A DNA stretch of 64,000 nucleotides from a candidate division WWE3 bacterium RIFOXYC1_FULL_40_10 (GCA_001773215.1 MEWB01000001.1:151108-215107), one strand, 5' to 3'; shown: positions 37,913-48,333, numbered from the stretch's first letter. The notes: a model not told the origin generated them from the letters alone. Made by a program: numbers and translations.

Positions 37913-38602
37913 ATGCAAGATAACGAACCACAAGAACTAAAAAGTTTCGAGAGAGTAAGACAGATACTTTGGGATCTTCAAAAAGATATCACCAAAGCAT
38001 TGGACGCAGTAAAGAGAATTGAGGAGGAAGAGAAAAGAAAGTACTATCAAACCATACCCGGAGTGGAAGGGGAGTTTGACGGAGAGTTTCTTGTGGACTC
38101 TTCCGGAAAAAAGCATGACGTTCCAAATAATTATTCAGCCAAATCTAGATTAGTGCATGGCGATCAGCTAAAAAGAATTGAGGACAATGAAGGTGTGGTA
38201 TATAAGCAAATTCATAAGGTAGACAGAGATAAAATAAAGGGAGTTTTGAACAAGAAAGAAGGTCAGTGGTATGTTTTAACTGACAAAGGAACGTTTAAGA
38301 TTTCCGACACTGCTGCTGAGTTCAATCACGCCGAAGTAAATGATGAGGCTGTGGCAATTATTCCAAGAGATAATCATAATGTCCCTTTTGCCGCCCTAGA
38401 TAGAGTTTTTAAGCCGGCAGGATCTCCCGCCACAGCTCCTATAAAGATCGAAAAGGTTGAGGTAAAGCTTTCCAAGCCAAAAAGTGAAAAAAAGCCTGAG
38501 CCCAAGAAAGCTGCTGCACCAGCGCCAAAGCCCGCAGAAAAAAGACCAATAAACAAAGAATTCGTTGCCGATATTTCGTTGGCTGATGATGATCTAAGGT
38601 AA
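37913..38602 (+). CDS. Conserved hypothetical protein
   Basis: EGEFDGEFLV..GKKHDVPNNYSAKSRLVHGDQLK; Pro/Lys-rich tail. Confidence 0.7.
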   Translation: MQDNEPQELKSFERVRQILWDLQKDITKALDAVKRIEEEEKRKYYQTIPGVEGEFDGEFLVDSSGKKHDVPNNYSAKSRLVHGDQLKRIEDNEGVVYKQIHKVDRDKIKGVLNKKEGQWYVLTDKGTFKISDTAAEFNHAEVNDEAVAIIPRDNHNVPFAALDRVFKPAGSPATAPIKIEKVEVKLSKPKSEKKPEPKKAAAPAPKPAEKRPINKEFVADISLADDDLR

Positions 38603-38610
38603 AAATCGGG

Positions 38611-39333
38611 CTACTGAGCTACTTCGCTTCCCTCGGGGGGAGTTTCCTCGTCGTCTAAGGTTCCTTTTTTGATATAAGGCCTGATTTCCTGCCTCCCTGA
38701 TCTAAAAACAGGTATTGTAGATCGTAGTAGTATAGTTATCATCTTCTCTTCCCCTTTTACAAAAGCAGCAGTGAATTTTCCGTCCATATCCGATGCTTCG
38801 TTTGCGCGTCTTACAACTTCGGGATTGTCAATCATTCCAACAGAAACCTTTGTTCCTTTTCGGATCTTTATAAGCTCTAACGATTTCTTCTTAACTCTAA
38901 TGTAAAGTTCCTCTCCCGGAGCAAATTCCCTAGCGGTTATGCCTTTTGCAGTGATTATACCAATACATTCGGTGCATTTACCGGGTTCCATCAGCAATGA
39001 TCGCGTGTTTACAGCCTCGTTTGTTTTTGCATCTGTCTGGTGGTTTTTGGCCAAATCTAAGTTTTTCAAGGCAACCGAGTTAATGGGATCCTTATCTAAC
39101 ACTTCTTTGAATACCTTGGTAGCCTTGGGGAATTGCCTAGTTTGGATCAATGCTCTACCCAATCTAAGTTTGGTGGCAATGTCGTTAGGGTACAGTGAGA
39201 GTATTTCTGAATTGAGTTCTACAGCCGAATCCCACTCGGCCTTAAGGGCAGCATCGATCGCTTTTTTAGAAAGTGATGAAAGCGTATGTTGCATAAGTGT
39301 AGATGATAAAGGAATATTAATTTTTGTCAACAA
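38611..39333 (-). CDS. Tetratricopeptide-repeat protein
   Basis: AIDAALKAEWDSAVELN..YPND..RLGRA..DPINSVA. Confidence 0.8.
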   Translation of the reverse strand: MLTKINIPLSSTLMQHTLSSLSKKAIDAALKAEWDSAVELNSEILSLYPNDIATKLRLGRALIQTRQFPKATKVFKEVLDKDPINSVALKNLDLAKNHQTDAKTNEAVNTRSLLMEPGKCTECIGIITAKGITAREFAPGEELYIRVKKKSLELIKIRKGTKVSVGMIDNPEVVRRANEASDMDGKFTAAFVKGEEKMITILLRSTIPVFRSGRQEIRPYIKKGTLDDEETPPEGSEVAQ

Positions 39334-39380
39334 AGATTCCAGAGTTTCCCTTGAATTCCGAAAGTGCTAATATATAGGCA

Positions 39381-39929
39381 ATGTCAGGACATTCCAAATG
39401 GGCAAATATAAAAAGAAAAAAAGGCGCTAACGATGAGAAGAGAAGTAAAATCTTCTCTAAGCTTAGCCGGTTAATAATGGTGGCAGCTCGTGAGGGTGGG
39501 GGAGATCCTGATTCTAACCCCAGATTGAGATTATCCGTAGAAAAAGCCAAGGAATATCGAATGCCCAAGGAAAATATCGAAAAAGCTATTCTAAAAGGTA
39601 CAGGCGAGCTAAATAGCGGGGGTTTTTTTGAAACAATTTATGAAGGATTTGGCCCAAACGGAGAAGCCTTTTATATAACTGCTCTTACAGACAATAAAAA
39701 TAGAACAGTTGCAGAGATTAGATCGATTTTTAGCCGTTTTGGGGGATCCTTAGGTGGAGCAGGTAGTACCTCTTACATTTTTACTCCAGATCCCGATAAT
39801 CCGATCTTCTCCATGGATTTAAATGATAATGCGTTAGCCGCCAAACTTATGAATTTGTTGGAAGAGCTTGAAGACCAGGATGATATTCAAGAGGTATACA
39901 CCAATTGTAATTTTCCGGAAGAGATATGA
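39381..39929 (+). CDS. yebC: YebC/PmpR-family protein (short form)
   Basis: [36 protein letters not shown]. Confidence 0.93.
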   Translation: MSGHSKWANIKRKKGANDEKRSKIFSKLSRLIMVAAREGGGDPDSNPRLRLSVEKAKEYRMPKENIEKAILKGTGELNSGGFFETIYEGFGPNGEAFYITALTDNKNRTVAEIRSIFSRFGGSLGGAGSTSYIFTPDPDNPIFSMDLNDNALAAKLMNLLEELEDQDDIQEVYTNCNFPEEI

Positions 39930-40402
39930 TCATCTTAGGTATTGACCCTGGTACAGCCCGAATGGGGTATGGACTTATTAATTACCAAGGAAGAGGTAAG
40001 ATAACGCTACTGGATTCCAGCACATTTATTACTCCTCAAGAATTTCAGATGCCCAAGCGGTTAAAAATGCTATTTTCAAATCTAAAATCCCTCACCAAGG
40101 ATTTTTCGCCCGAGGTTATGGTTATCGAAAAATTGTTTTTTAATAGAAATGTGAGCACTGCCATAAATGTTGGGCAGGCTAGGGGAGTGGCCATGCTTGT
40201 GGCCGCTGAGAGAAAAATGTCAGTGTTCGAATACACTGCATTAGAGGCCAAAAAGGATATTACAGGCTATGGGAGGGCAGATAAAAAGGAAATGCAAGAA
40301 GCGGTAAAAAGTATATTAGGACTTACTCAGGTGATAAAATCAGATGATGCGAATGATGCAGTTGCCATGGCGCTTTGTTATGCCTTTAAGGAGCTTAGGT
40401 GA
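39926..40402 (+). CDS. ruvC: Holliday junction resolvase
   Basis: [32 protein letters not shown]. Confidence 0.95.
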   Translation: MIILGIDPGTARMGYGLINYQGRGKITLLDSSTFITPQEFQMPKRLKMLFSNLKSLTKDFSPEVMVIEKLFFNRNVSTAINVGQARGVAMLVAAERKMSVFEYTALEAKKDITGYGRADKKEMQEAVKSILGLTQVIKSDDANDAVAMALCYAFKELR

Positions 40403-41230
40403 ATGATCGAGAGTCTAAATAATATACTTAAACTAATGCTTAACACAGGTAAGAAGCTAAAGTTTGTGTTGCAATCCGCGCTTTTTTTTATTTTTCTAGT
40501 GTTGCTATCAACAAGAGTACTTCCTCTTAACTGGGTTCAAGCAGGAATATTATTCGTTGGAGTAATTGCTATTACGACCTTGGTATTACACTTTCCCAAT
40601 ATAAAAATTAAAACTCTTGCCCCTGCAACTATAATGCCGGTTACACTATTAGTTGCCTCCTTAGTGTTTTTCTCCCAGTACAGTGATTTGGGGCCTTTTT
40701 TTAAAATGTTTATCTGTGCGGGCTTTGGCTTTTTATATTATTTGATTTCACTTGTAGATAACGTAGTACTAGTGGTACACGAGAAAGAAGAGGCTATACC
40801 GTTGTATCGAGCTGCTTTGTCTTGGAGTCAGGTTGTACAGATGCTGGTTGCCATTCCATTGTTGGCAGGCATATATCAAGCAGACAACATAAAGGTGCCT
40901 TATACTATAGTCCTAATTCTTCTTACTACTATTTTTATCTGCTATCAATTTTGGGTTCTAAGTTTTGATACCGATTCGAAAAAACTTAGGGTAGGGGAGG
41001 CTGTATTTTTGAACCTGCTAATATGTTTTTTCGTTGTGGTTGCAAATTTTTGCGTGGTCTTTATACCCGGTGAGGAGTTTCTTAGAGCCTTAGTCATTTC
41101 TACAGTAATGTTGTTTGGGATAAATTATTTCACTGCGTATTTAAAAAATAGCATAACTAAAAGAGTACTCATTCAATATGCAATTATAATAGCCGTATTT
41201 TTCTCGATCCTATTAGTTTTTAATCCTTAA
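40403..41230 (+). CDS. Multi-pass membrane protein
   Basis: 275 aa, mostly hydrophobic. Confidence 0.7.
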   Translation: MIESLNNILKLMLNTGKKLKFVLQSALFFIFLVLLSTRVLPLNWVQAGILFVGVIAITTLVLHFPNIKIKTLAPATIMPVTLLVASLVFFSQYSDLGPFFKMFICAGFGFLYYLISLVDNVVLVVHEKEEAIPLYRAALSWSQVVQMLVAIPLLAGIYQADNIKVPYTIVLILLTTIFICYQFWVLSFDTDSKKLRVGEAVFLNLLICFFVVVANFCVVFIPGEEFLRALVISTVMLFGINYFTAYLKNSITKRVLIQYAIIIAVFFSILLVFNP

Positions 41231-41282
41231 AAAAATTTAAGTGAACAAAGGTAGAGTAGTGGAGTGGGGTAGTTTTATTAGC

Positions 41283-41460
41283 ACTATAGGGTCTGCCGTG
41301 ATAAACTATAGGGTACGTTTGTCATACAACCTAGGTACAAATGTCATACATATAGGCATTTACCTTGTAGTTAAAGCTTACTTTGCCTCTGCCGGTTCGG
41401 CCATAATGTCATACGTGCTTCTGTAAGGTTGTCATACTTCCTGGGGTAGGGTTGTCATAC
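41283..41460 (+). repeat. Phased TGTCATAC array
   Basis: TGTCATAC at 41320, 41342, 41407, 41430, 41453; ACTATAGGGT twice upstream. Confidence 0.8.
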
Positions 41461-41487
41461 TTCTCGGAGATCCTGATTACCCCGCAT

Positions 41488-41496
41488 TGTGGATAA
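41488..41496 (-). promoter_or_regulatory. Perfect DnaA box
   Basis: TGTGGATAA = reverse complement of TTATCCACA; single copy. Confidence 0.4.
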
Positions 41497-41688
41497 TTAG
41501 TCAGGTGATTGAAAGCACGGGTGTCCATGCCTCTCCGATCAAATAATTATTTACTTTAGAATTAATTAAATAAATAAGAACGTAAAAGGAAAATATCTAA
41601 TTAAGGAATATTTTCCGCTGTTTCCTCCCCCCTGTTATTTAAGTATCCTATTATTTGTATTTGGTGCGTGCTGTCGTTTTTCCCACCT

Positions 41689-41722
41689 ACCACGTCGTTA
41701 AACATACATTATACGACGTGGT
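41689..41722. other. dif-like tyrosine-recombinase site
   Basis: ACCACGTCGTTAA-ACATACAT-TATACGACGTGGT; inverted arms; about 350 bp upstream of xer. Confidence 0.8.
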
Positions 41723-42074
41723 CAATATCTTATATTTTCCCTACTCTCTTGTTTTTTGATTATTGTTTTGAATTACGAGCTAAGTTTTTTTATTGATGGT
41801 AGAAAGCGTAACTAATCGACTCCAAAAAATTTTAGGCTCCCCTATTATTTCTATTTCGCGTTCTTATGTGGTAATTCCCTCACCCTTTTTGTTAATTCGT
41901 TTTTATTTACCTTGGGCTGTGTTAGATATGTTGGTTTCTCTACTTTTATATTGCCACTGCAGTGTAAAGTGGCAGTTAGCCTCTAGAATCGATTTTAAGC
42001 ATGTTTTAGTATAAAGTTGTAGTTAGTATCATCTTTTAAACGAACTCGTCGTGGGATATACTTGTAACACATCT

Positions 42075-43085
42075 ATGAGTAACATTTCTTTGTCATCCGA
42101 TCTAGAAAAAGTGTCAGTTGCGTATCTTGAATATTGTGAAATAGAAAAAAACTTATCTCAGAATACAATCAAGATGTATTATTTTTATTTGACCGATTTT
42201 TTAGATTGGTTAAAAACTTATACCTCGAACCAAACGCCGAAAATTTCGGATTTGAATGATACAAATGTCAAAAAATACCGTCTTGATCTAAATCGTAGGA
42301 TTAGTACCAAATCGAATCAGGAATTTAAGCGGTCTACCCAGAAAACCTTTTTAGTGGCTCTTAGGGCTTTTTTGAAGTATCTGATTGTCATCGAAAACCT
42401 GGAAATAATGTCTCCTGAACAGATAATATTGGGCAAAAGTGATGATCGTGTGCCAAAAGTTCTCAATGAGGAGCAAATGGGACGACTTTTTCAGGTTCAA
42501 GATTTGAGCAAAAGATCGGGTTTGCGCGACAGGTCAATATTGGAGACTTTATTTAGCACCGGTTTACGCGTCAGCGAACTTGTAGCTTTGGATAAAGATG
42601 ATGTAAATCTTATCACAGGTGAATTTACAGTAGTTGGCAAGGGCGGCAAGGCGCGCATCGTATACCTATCGCAGTCAGCAATAATGTGGTTAAAGCGTTA
42701 TTTGACAACAAGAAAAGATCCTTTTCTGCCGTTATTTATTAGATATTCGGGGGTACATATGGTTAAGGATGATTTTGAGGGACACTCTTTAAGGCTAACT
42801 TCCCGAAGTGTTGAGAGGCTTGTGAAAAAGTACACCAAACGTGCGGGAATAAGCATAGATGCAACCCCTCACACTCTTAGGCACACATTTGCAACCGGTT
42901 TACTGCGTGAAGGTGCCGATTTACGTAGTGTTCAGGAGTTGCTCGGCCACTCAAACGTTTCTACCACTCAAATATATACACACGTTACGAATACTCAGCT
43001 TAAAGAGGTTCATAAAAAATTCCATAAAGATGTTAACGAATCCGGCGAAATGGCTGAAGATGTGGTAGAATCGGTTATCAGTTAG
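42075..43085 (+). CDS. XerC/D-family tyrosine recombinase
   Basis: RDRSILETLFSTGLRVSEL, GKGGKAR, TPHTLRHTFAT, LLGHSNVSTTQIYTH. Confidence 0.95.
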   Translation: MSNISLSSDLEKVSVAYLEYCEIEKNLSQNTIKMYYFYLTDFLDWLKTYTSNQTPKISDLNDTNVKKYRLDLNRRISTKSNQEFKRSTQKTFLVALRAFLKYLIVIENLEIMSPEQIILGKSDDRVPKVLNEEQMGRLFQVQDLSKRSGLRDRSILETLFSTGLRVSELVALDKDDVNLITGEFTVVGKGGKARIVYLSQSAIMWLKRYLTTRKDPFLPLFIRYSGVHMVKDDFEGHSLRLTSRSVERLVKKYTKRAGISIDATPHTLRHTFATGLLREGADLRSVQELLGHSNVSTTQIYTHVTNTQLKEVHKKFHKDVNESGEMAEDVVESVIS

Positions 43086-43126
43086 CTTCCAAACCTTCCA
43101 AAAAGCTTAAGGAGAACACATAACAC

Positions 43127-43477
43127 ATGAGTAAAGTGGCTTTGGTAAATATGGTTCAGGATATTACGGCAGAGGCTCAAACCCAAGAAGTAATCGCGGC
43201 TGCACAAAATCATCGCAAATTCTATATGTGCACTGATAAGGGGGAATATCTTTTGATTGAAACCAAGGGGCACAAGTGTTTCATAAGCCCCCAGGGGTAT
43301 TGTCGAGGTACCCTTGCAGTACGCTACTTAGAAAAAGTTGCAGGCAAGCCGGTACTCTACGAGTGCACTCTGAAATTTGAGACCTTTGTGGGTATCTTGT
43401 CAGCTTCTGCATCCAAGCCCGCTTATGAGATATTGGCAACATACGTTAAGGAGAATTGTACTCGCTTGGCTTCCTAG
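43127..43477 (+). CDS. Hypothetical protein
   Basis: 116 aa, SD AAGGAG upstream. Confidence 0.55.
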   Translation: MSKVALVNMVQDITAEAQTQEVIAAAQNHRKFYMCTDKGEYLLIETKGHKCFISPQGYCRGTLAVRYLEKVAGKPVLYECTLKFETFVGILSASASKPAYEILATYVKENCTRLAS

Positions 43478-44142
43478 ATAACTCGGGCCGGTTGGGAGTT
43501 TAAAAAACTTTTAACCGGCTCAAAACTTTTTCTGTGGAGTTCGCACGGTCCATTTCGTGTAATCGCTTCTATGTGCTGTTTTGTGCCGTACCCCTTATGT
43601 TTAGCAAAACCGTATTCAGGATAAGTACTGTCATGGGTTTTCATTATTTGATCACGATAAACCTTGGCAACAATTGAGGCTGCCGCAATTGAAATGCTTT
43701 TAGTGTCACCTCTCACAATGTTTGTTTGCTTTTCGGGAGCAAAGCTTGGAACTATGAAACTGTCGGTGAGTACATGGTCAAGCGCTATTTTTAACCGTGA
43801 GATCGCCCTTTTGAATCCTAGCAGATTACACTTACCTATTCCCGTTCTATCTATTTCCTCTACTCCTATTTCCACAATAGAAAACTCAATAGCATTAGTT
43901 CTTATAAATGAATCCAAATTTATGCGCATTTTTTCAGGAAGTTTCTTTGAGTCGTTTATTTTCGAATAATTTTCAGACAGCACGTCGTTATTTGTGAGTA
44001 TGCTTTCCAGATTTAATACTACTGCCGCTACAACCAAAGGGCCTGCGAGCGGTCCCCTACCCACTTCATCGACACCCGCAATGAATTTCTTTCCTTGGTT
44101 AAATAATTGAGTTTCAAAGTCGAGTAATTGCTTCACTTTCAA
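43474..44142 (-). CDS. rnhB: Ribonuclease HII
   Basis: AGVDEVGRGPLAGP, DSKK, IAAASIVAKV, HKGYGT. Confidence 0.96.
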   Translation of the reverse strand: MKVKQLLDFETQLFNQGKKFIAGVDEVGRGPLAGPLVVAAVVLNLESILTNNDVLSENYSKINDSKKLPEKMRINLDSFIRTNAIEFSIVEIGVEEIDRTGIGKCNLLGFKRAISRLKIALDHVLTDSFIVPSFAPEKQTNIVRGDTKSISIAAASIVAKVYRDQIMKTHDSTYPEYGFAKHKGYGTKQHIEAITRNGPCELHRKSFEPVKSFLNSQPARVI

Positions 44143-46726
44143 CTTCCTCAGGTTCTTCTTCGAACACTCCCACGGATGTTACTCTATCGCTGTCATCAAG
44201 TTTGATAAGGCGAACGCCTTGAGTAGCTCTGCCTAGTTTTGAGACCTGGTTGGCAGAAAGTCTGATAATTTGCCCGGATGCTGTAGCTATCAATATGTCA
44301 GGTTCACTTGCGGGGTCAAGTAATCGTGCAACTATTAATTTTCCTGTTTTTGGGGTTTCTTTGTAAGTCAATATCCCACTTCCGGCTCTGTTTTGAACCT
44401 TATATTCTGCTATCGGAGTTTTCTTGCCATATCCTCTGTTTGAAACAACCAATAGGTTTGCTTTGTTCAAGTCTCTATTCACAATTGCAGTTCCTACAAC
44501 ATAGTCCCCTGCTTTAGCCAGTCTTATCCCGGTGACTCCGCTGGCCGTTCTTCCCATAGGTCTAACATCTTTTTCACTAAATCTAATCGATTGCCCAAGT
44601 GATGTTGTAAGCATAATATCGTCGTTTCCTGATGTAATTCCTGCGTAATTTAACGGATCCTCGGATGTAAGTTTAATAGCAATAATGCCCGAAGATCTAA
44701 TGTTCGAAAACTGGCTCATGTCGGTTTTTTTAACCCTTCCCTTCTCAGTTGTCATTACTATGTACCCGGTATCTGATTCCAGAGTTTCTGTTTTTAATGC
44801 TAAAAAGGCACTAATTTTTTCTTTTGGTAATATGCTTAAGAAGTTAACGATTGGCGTTCCTTTTGCATTTCTTCCTGATTCCGGAATTTCCCATATCCTC
44901 ATTTTGTATACTTTTCCTGTATTGGTGAAGAAAAGCGCCCAGTCGTGAGTTTGGCAAACCCTGAGTTGTTCAATACTGTCCTCTTCCTTGAGAGATTGGC
45001 CTTTGACTCCCTTGCCACCCCTCCCTTGTTTTTTGTACGAGTCTTCCTTCATTCGCTTGATGTACCCGCTATCAGAAATGGTAACAACGCATGCCTCATC
45101 AACTATCAAATCCTCATCACTCAAGTCACCTATCTTACCTTTTACTACCTTAGTTTTTCTTTCGTCGCCATATTTTTCCTTAATGTAATTGAGTTCCTCC
45201 TTAACTTTTTCAATTATTCTCTTTGGCGATGCTACAAAACCCTCGTAGTCTTTGATAGTCTCGATTATTTGTTTAAGTTCATCCTCTATTTTCTGTCTCT
45301 CGAGGGCTGCTAACTTTCTTAACTGCATGTCGAGTATTGCTTGTGCCTGAATTTCCGACAAGTCAAAATTTTCCATCAGGCCTTTTTTAGCTGTGTCGGC
45401 ATCCTTACTGGCTCGGATTAGTTTTATAACGGCATCTAAATTATCTAAAGCAATTTTTAATCCCCTAAGTATGTGTTCGCGTTCTCTAGCCTTTTTGAGT
45501 AAGAAAAGTGTTCGTCTGACCACCACTTGTTGTCTATGCTTGACGAATTCCTCAAGAATCATTTTTAAAGTAAATAGTTTTGGCTCGTTATTTAAGAGAG
45601 CCACAAAGTTTGCATTGAAAGTATCCTGTAACTGCGAATACTTATATAGCCGGTTTTGCACTTTTTTAACAACGGCATCTTTTTTAAGTTCTATCATGAT
45701 TCTAATACCGTCTTTGTTTGACTCGTCCCGTAAATCAGAAATGCCCTCAACTTTTTTGTTTTTTACCAGATCAGCAATTTTGGAAATCAGTGTTGCCTTA
45801 TTTACTTGATATGGAAGTTCGGAAACGATAAGTTTGGTCTTTCCGTTCTTAGTCTCTTCGACCTCCATTTTTGCTTTTGTCACTACCCTACCCTTCCCCG
45901 TGGCGTACATCTGTACTATTTCCTTTTGGTCGTAAATAGTACTACCTGTAGGGAAATCAGGTCCCTTGATAAACTGTGTAAGGTCATCAACATTAGCGTT
46001 TGAAGAAAAGCCCAAGGTTACTACCTGATCTATACCCGGCTTTTTTTGCGTGGGATCGGGTGCTAAACCTATATTATCAGCCTTTTCTATTAAAAAATTG
46101 ATTCCGTCGATTACTTCGATCAAGTTGTGGGGAGGAATTTTAGTTGCCATTCCAACAGCTATGCCCTCTGAGCCGTTTATAAGCAGATTAGGTATTAAAG
46201 ACGGCAAATACAAGGGTTCCATTACCTGGAGGTCGTTTAATTCAAAATCAACAGTATCTTTATCAATATCTGCATACAGCTCTTCGGTTATTTTTTCCAT
46301 TTTACATTCGGTATATCTCATCGCGGCTGGAGGGTCGCCATCAATACTTCCGAAGTTTCCCTGAGGTTTTATGAGGGGATATCTCAACGAGAAGTCCTGG
46401 CCCATTCTAACTAACGATTCGTAAATTGCCGAGTCTCCATGTGGATGATATTTCTTCATGACTTCGCCAACGACGGAGGCGCATTTGTAAAATTTGCCCG
46501 AAAAAGTTTGATTCTGATCCTGCATGGCGTAAATTATTCGTCTATGTACCGGTTTTAATCCGTCTCTCACGTCGGGGAGAGCTCTGGATACAATTACAGA
46601 CATAGCATAATCAAGATATGCCGTTTGCATCTCTTCAGATATTTCTCTTTTTATCACCCCTGCCGGTAAAGCTACCTCTTTGGGGTCAGCGGAACTGCCA
46701 TTTAACTGGGTTATTTCATCTGCCAT
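44114..46726 (-). CDS. gyrA: DNA gyrase subunit A
   Basis: RALPDVRDGLKPV, HPHGD, AAMRYTE, GyrA-box QGRGGKG. Confidence 0.97.
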   Translation of the reverse strand: MADEITQLNGSSADPKEVALPAGVIKREISEEMQTAYLDYAMSVIVSRALPDVRDGLKPVHRRIIYAMQDQNQTFSGKFYKCASVVGEVMKKYHPHGDSAIYESLVRMGQDFSLRYPLIKPQGNFGSIDGDPPAAMRYTECKMEKITEELYADIDKDTVDFELNDLQVMEPLYLPSLIPNLLINGSEGIAVGMATKIPPHNLIEVIDGINFLIEKADNIGLAPDPTQKKPGIDQVVTLGFSSNANVDDLTQFIKGPDFPTGSTIYDQKEIVQMYATGKGRVVTKAKMEVEETKNGKTKLIVSELPYQVNKATLISKIADLVKNKKVEGISDLRDESNKDGIRIMIELKKDAVVKKVQNRLYKYSQLQDTFNANFVALLNNEPKLFTLKMILEEFVKHRQQVVVRRTLFLLKKAREREHILRGLKIALDNLDAVIKLIRASKDADTAKKGLMENFDLSEIQAQAILDMQLRKLAALERQKIEDELKQIIETIKDYEGFVASPKRIIEKVKEELNYIKEKYGDERKTKVVKGKIGDLSDEDLIVDEACVVTISDSGYIKRMKEDSYKKQGRGGKGVKGQSLKEEDSIEQLRVCQTHDWALFFTNTGKVYKMRIWEIPESGRNAKGTPIVNFLSILPKEKISAFLALKTETLESDTGYIVMTTEKGRVKKTDMSQFSNIRSSGIIAIKLTSEDPLNYAGITSGNDDIMLTTSLGQSIRFSEKDVRPMGRTASGVTGIRLAKAGDYVVGTAIVNRDLNKANLLVVSNRGYGKKTPIAEYKVQNRAGSGILTYKETPKTGKLIVARLLDPASEPDILIATASGQIIRLSANQVSKLGRATQGVRLIKLDDSDRVTSVGVFEEEPEEVESEAITRL

Positions 46727-46731
46727 AAGAC

Positions 46732-47679
46732 TTATTTAGTATACAGTATTACTCTTTCTATTTCTGGTGCAATGTCTTTTTTACGACTGGTTCTTGGACC
46801 GATATCCGCGGATTTTCCTTGTGCCTGTGTTGTAAAAGCCTTCTCAGCTACAGACTTTTCTTCGTCTGTTGAAAATATAATGTGTGAATTTACTTTAAGA
46901 ACATCTGTTACGACACAATAAGCTTGTCCCGCACCTTCTATCGACTTTATTTCCTCCAGTGCCCGTGCAATTTCTTCCTGCATGTCTAAAATCTTGTCCG
47001 GTTCTACAGTCTCAATCTGGTTAATGAACACTTTTTTCCCGTCAAAATCAAATATTTTATAATCTTTTCTGGCTATATCTTGAGGAGTCATGCCTGTTAT
47101 GTCCGATTTTGATTTAAAAAGCTCAAAAGTAAATCTTTCAATGTCTGTCTCTGTGGTCTTTGCTAATTGATGGGCATATTCAGAGTCAATACCCGTTGTC
47201 GTGCTTGATTTTAAGCCTTGTGTATCGGATAAAATTGCCGCCAGCATAAGTTTGGCAATTCCCTCCGAAGGTTTTTGGCCGTATGTGTCGAAATGTTCAT
47301 AAACAATCGTTGAAGTTGATCCGTAAGGTTTTACGTCGAGCCTAATTGGCGATACGAAATCTATATTTATCTTGTGATGGTCGATAATCTCTATCACCTG
47401 CTCATGAGGTATTTTAGGATGTCTTTGTGATATCTCGTTGTGATCTACAAGTATAAAAGCGTCTGTAGGATCAATTGAAATATCGTTGATATTTAAAGGT
47501 AAATCAATTTTTGCTTCTTTAAAAACAAATTCCGTTTCTTTATTAACGTCTCCGGATAAAACAGGTATTACCTTTGAATCTTCGTATCTTTTGGATTTAT
47601 CTAAAAACTCAGCATATGCCACCGGTGCGGCAACCGAATCCAAATCTGGTGCTATATGTCCTATTAAGTAGATATTCAT
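46732..47679 (-). CDS. ppaC: Mn-dependent inorganic pyrophosphatase (family II)
   Basis: GHIAPDLDS, LVDHN, IIDHH, AILSDT, SRKK. Confidence 0.93.
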   Translation of the reverse strand: MNIYLIGHIAPDLDSVAAPVAYAEFLDKSKRYEDSKVIPVLSGDVNKETEFVFKEAKIDLPLNINDISIDPTDAFILVDHNEISQRHPKIPHEQVIEIIDHHKINIDFVSPIRLDVKPYGSTSTIVYEHFDTYGQKPSEGIAKLMLAAILSDTQGLKSSTTTGIDSEYAHQLAKTTETDIERFTFELFKSKSDITGMTPQDIARKDYKIFDFDGKKVFINQIETVEPDKILDMQEEIARALEEIKSIEGAGQAYCVVTDVLKVNSHIIFSTDEEKSVAEKAFTTQAQGKSADIGPRTSRKKDIAPEIERVILYTK

Positions 47680-47751
47680 GGTTAATTCCTCCTGAGGGAT
47701 AATTTAACATAATAGGCTCCGGGTAACAATAATTCCCGGAGCCATGGGTAG

Positions 47752-47961
47752 TTATCTCAGCCAAGCTTTTATTGCCGAAAGTCCCTGAATTTTCTTCGGT
47801 TTGGTCCCTGTGTAGTCCCAGATTTTGACTACTTCATCAATCCGGGCTAACACTTTCTGAATCGCACGACGTTTACTGCCAAAATAAGGGCTTTCTTGCC
47901 GCCAGATAATTGTAACTTCGTGAGAATTTTTCAATTCGGCTCCTTTTCTAGCTACAGCCAC
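47752..47961 (-). CDS. Small hypothetical protein
   Basis: 69 aa, overlaps the upstream GreA-like gene. Confidence 0.4.
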   Translation of the reverse strand: MAVARKGAELKNSHEVTIIWRQESPYFGSKRRAIQKVLARIDEVVKIWDYTGTKPKKIQGLSAIKAWLR

Positions 47962-48269
47962 TTGCTTTTGGGTATGTTTTTAAGATCTATTTTCTCAATC
48001 CGTTCTTTTTTTGTTGACCTCTTAGGTGACTTTTTAGGTTTCAGCCTAATTTTAAGAAGTTCAAGATCATGTGTCAGTTTGGCAATTCTGCTGTTGTAAT
48101 TGTGCTCTTTCCGATCCCAGAAATCGTACTGTGCGTTTTCTCGTAGGTCATTATTCTCTTGGGCTGATAAACCCTTTTCGAGGATCACGTGTTTACGTTC
48201 CTCTTGTAACTCAGCTATTCTCTCTCTTAATTCTTCTATTTTAGTTTTTTCTTTATTCTTGCCATCCAT
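47952..48269 (-). CDS. GreA-like protein, N-terminal coiled-coil only
   Basis: AQENNDLRENAQYD..SRIAKL; basic tail in place of the C-terminal domain. Confidence 0.75.
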   Translation of the reverse strand: MDGKNKEKTKIEELRERIAELQEERKHVILEKGLSAQENNDLRENAQYDFWDRKEHNYNSRIAKLTHDLELLKIRLKPKKSPKRSTKKERIEKIDLKNIPKSKWL

Positions 48270-48333
48270 GTTCGCTATTATACAAAAAAACCCTCGAAAC
48301 TGTTAGATTTCGAAGGTTTTACTGATTTTCTGA

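Noticed and set aside
41283-41460. CRISPR array
   Set aside because: The repeat core is 8 bp with a 22-23 bp period, too short for repeat-spacer units; no cas genes
41689-41722. Laboratory loxP scar or vector contamination
   Set aside because: Nine differences from loxP, the outer-arm ones symmetric in both arms; native xer context; no vector sequence
41241-42014. Short ORFs 41241-41426 and 41793-42014
   Set aside because: No recognisable motifs or RBS; they overlap the repeat array and T-rich non-coding DNA
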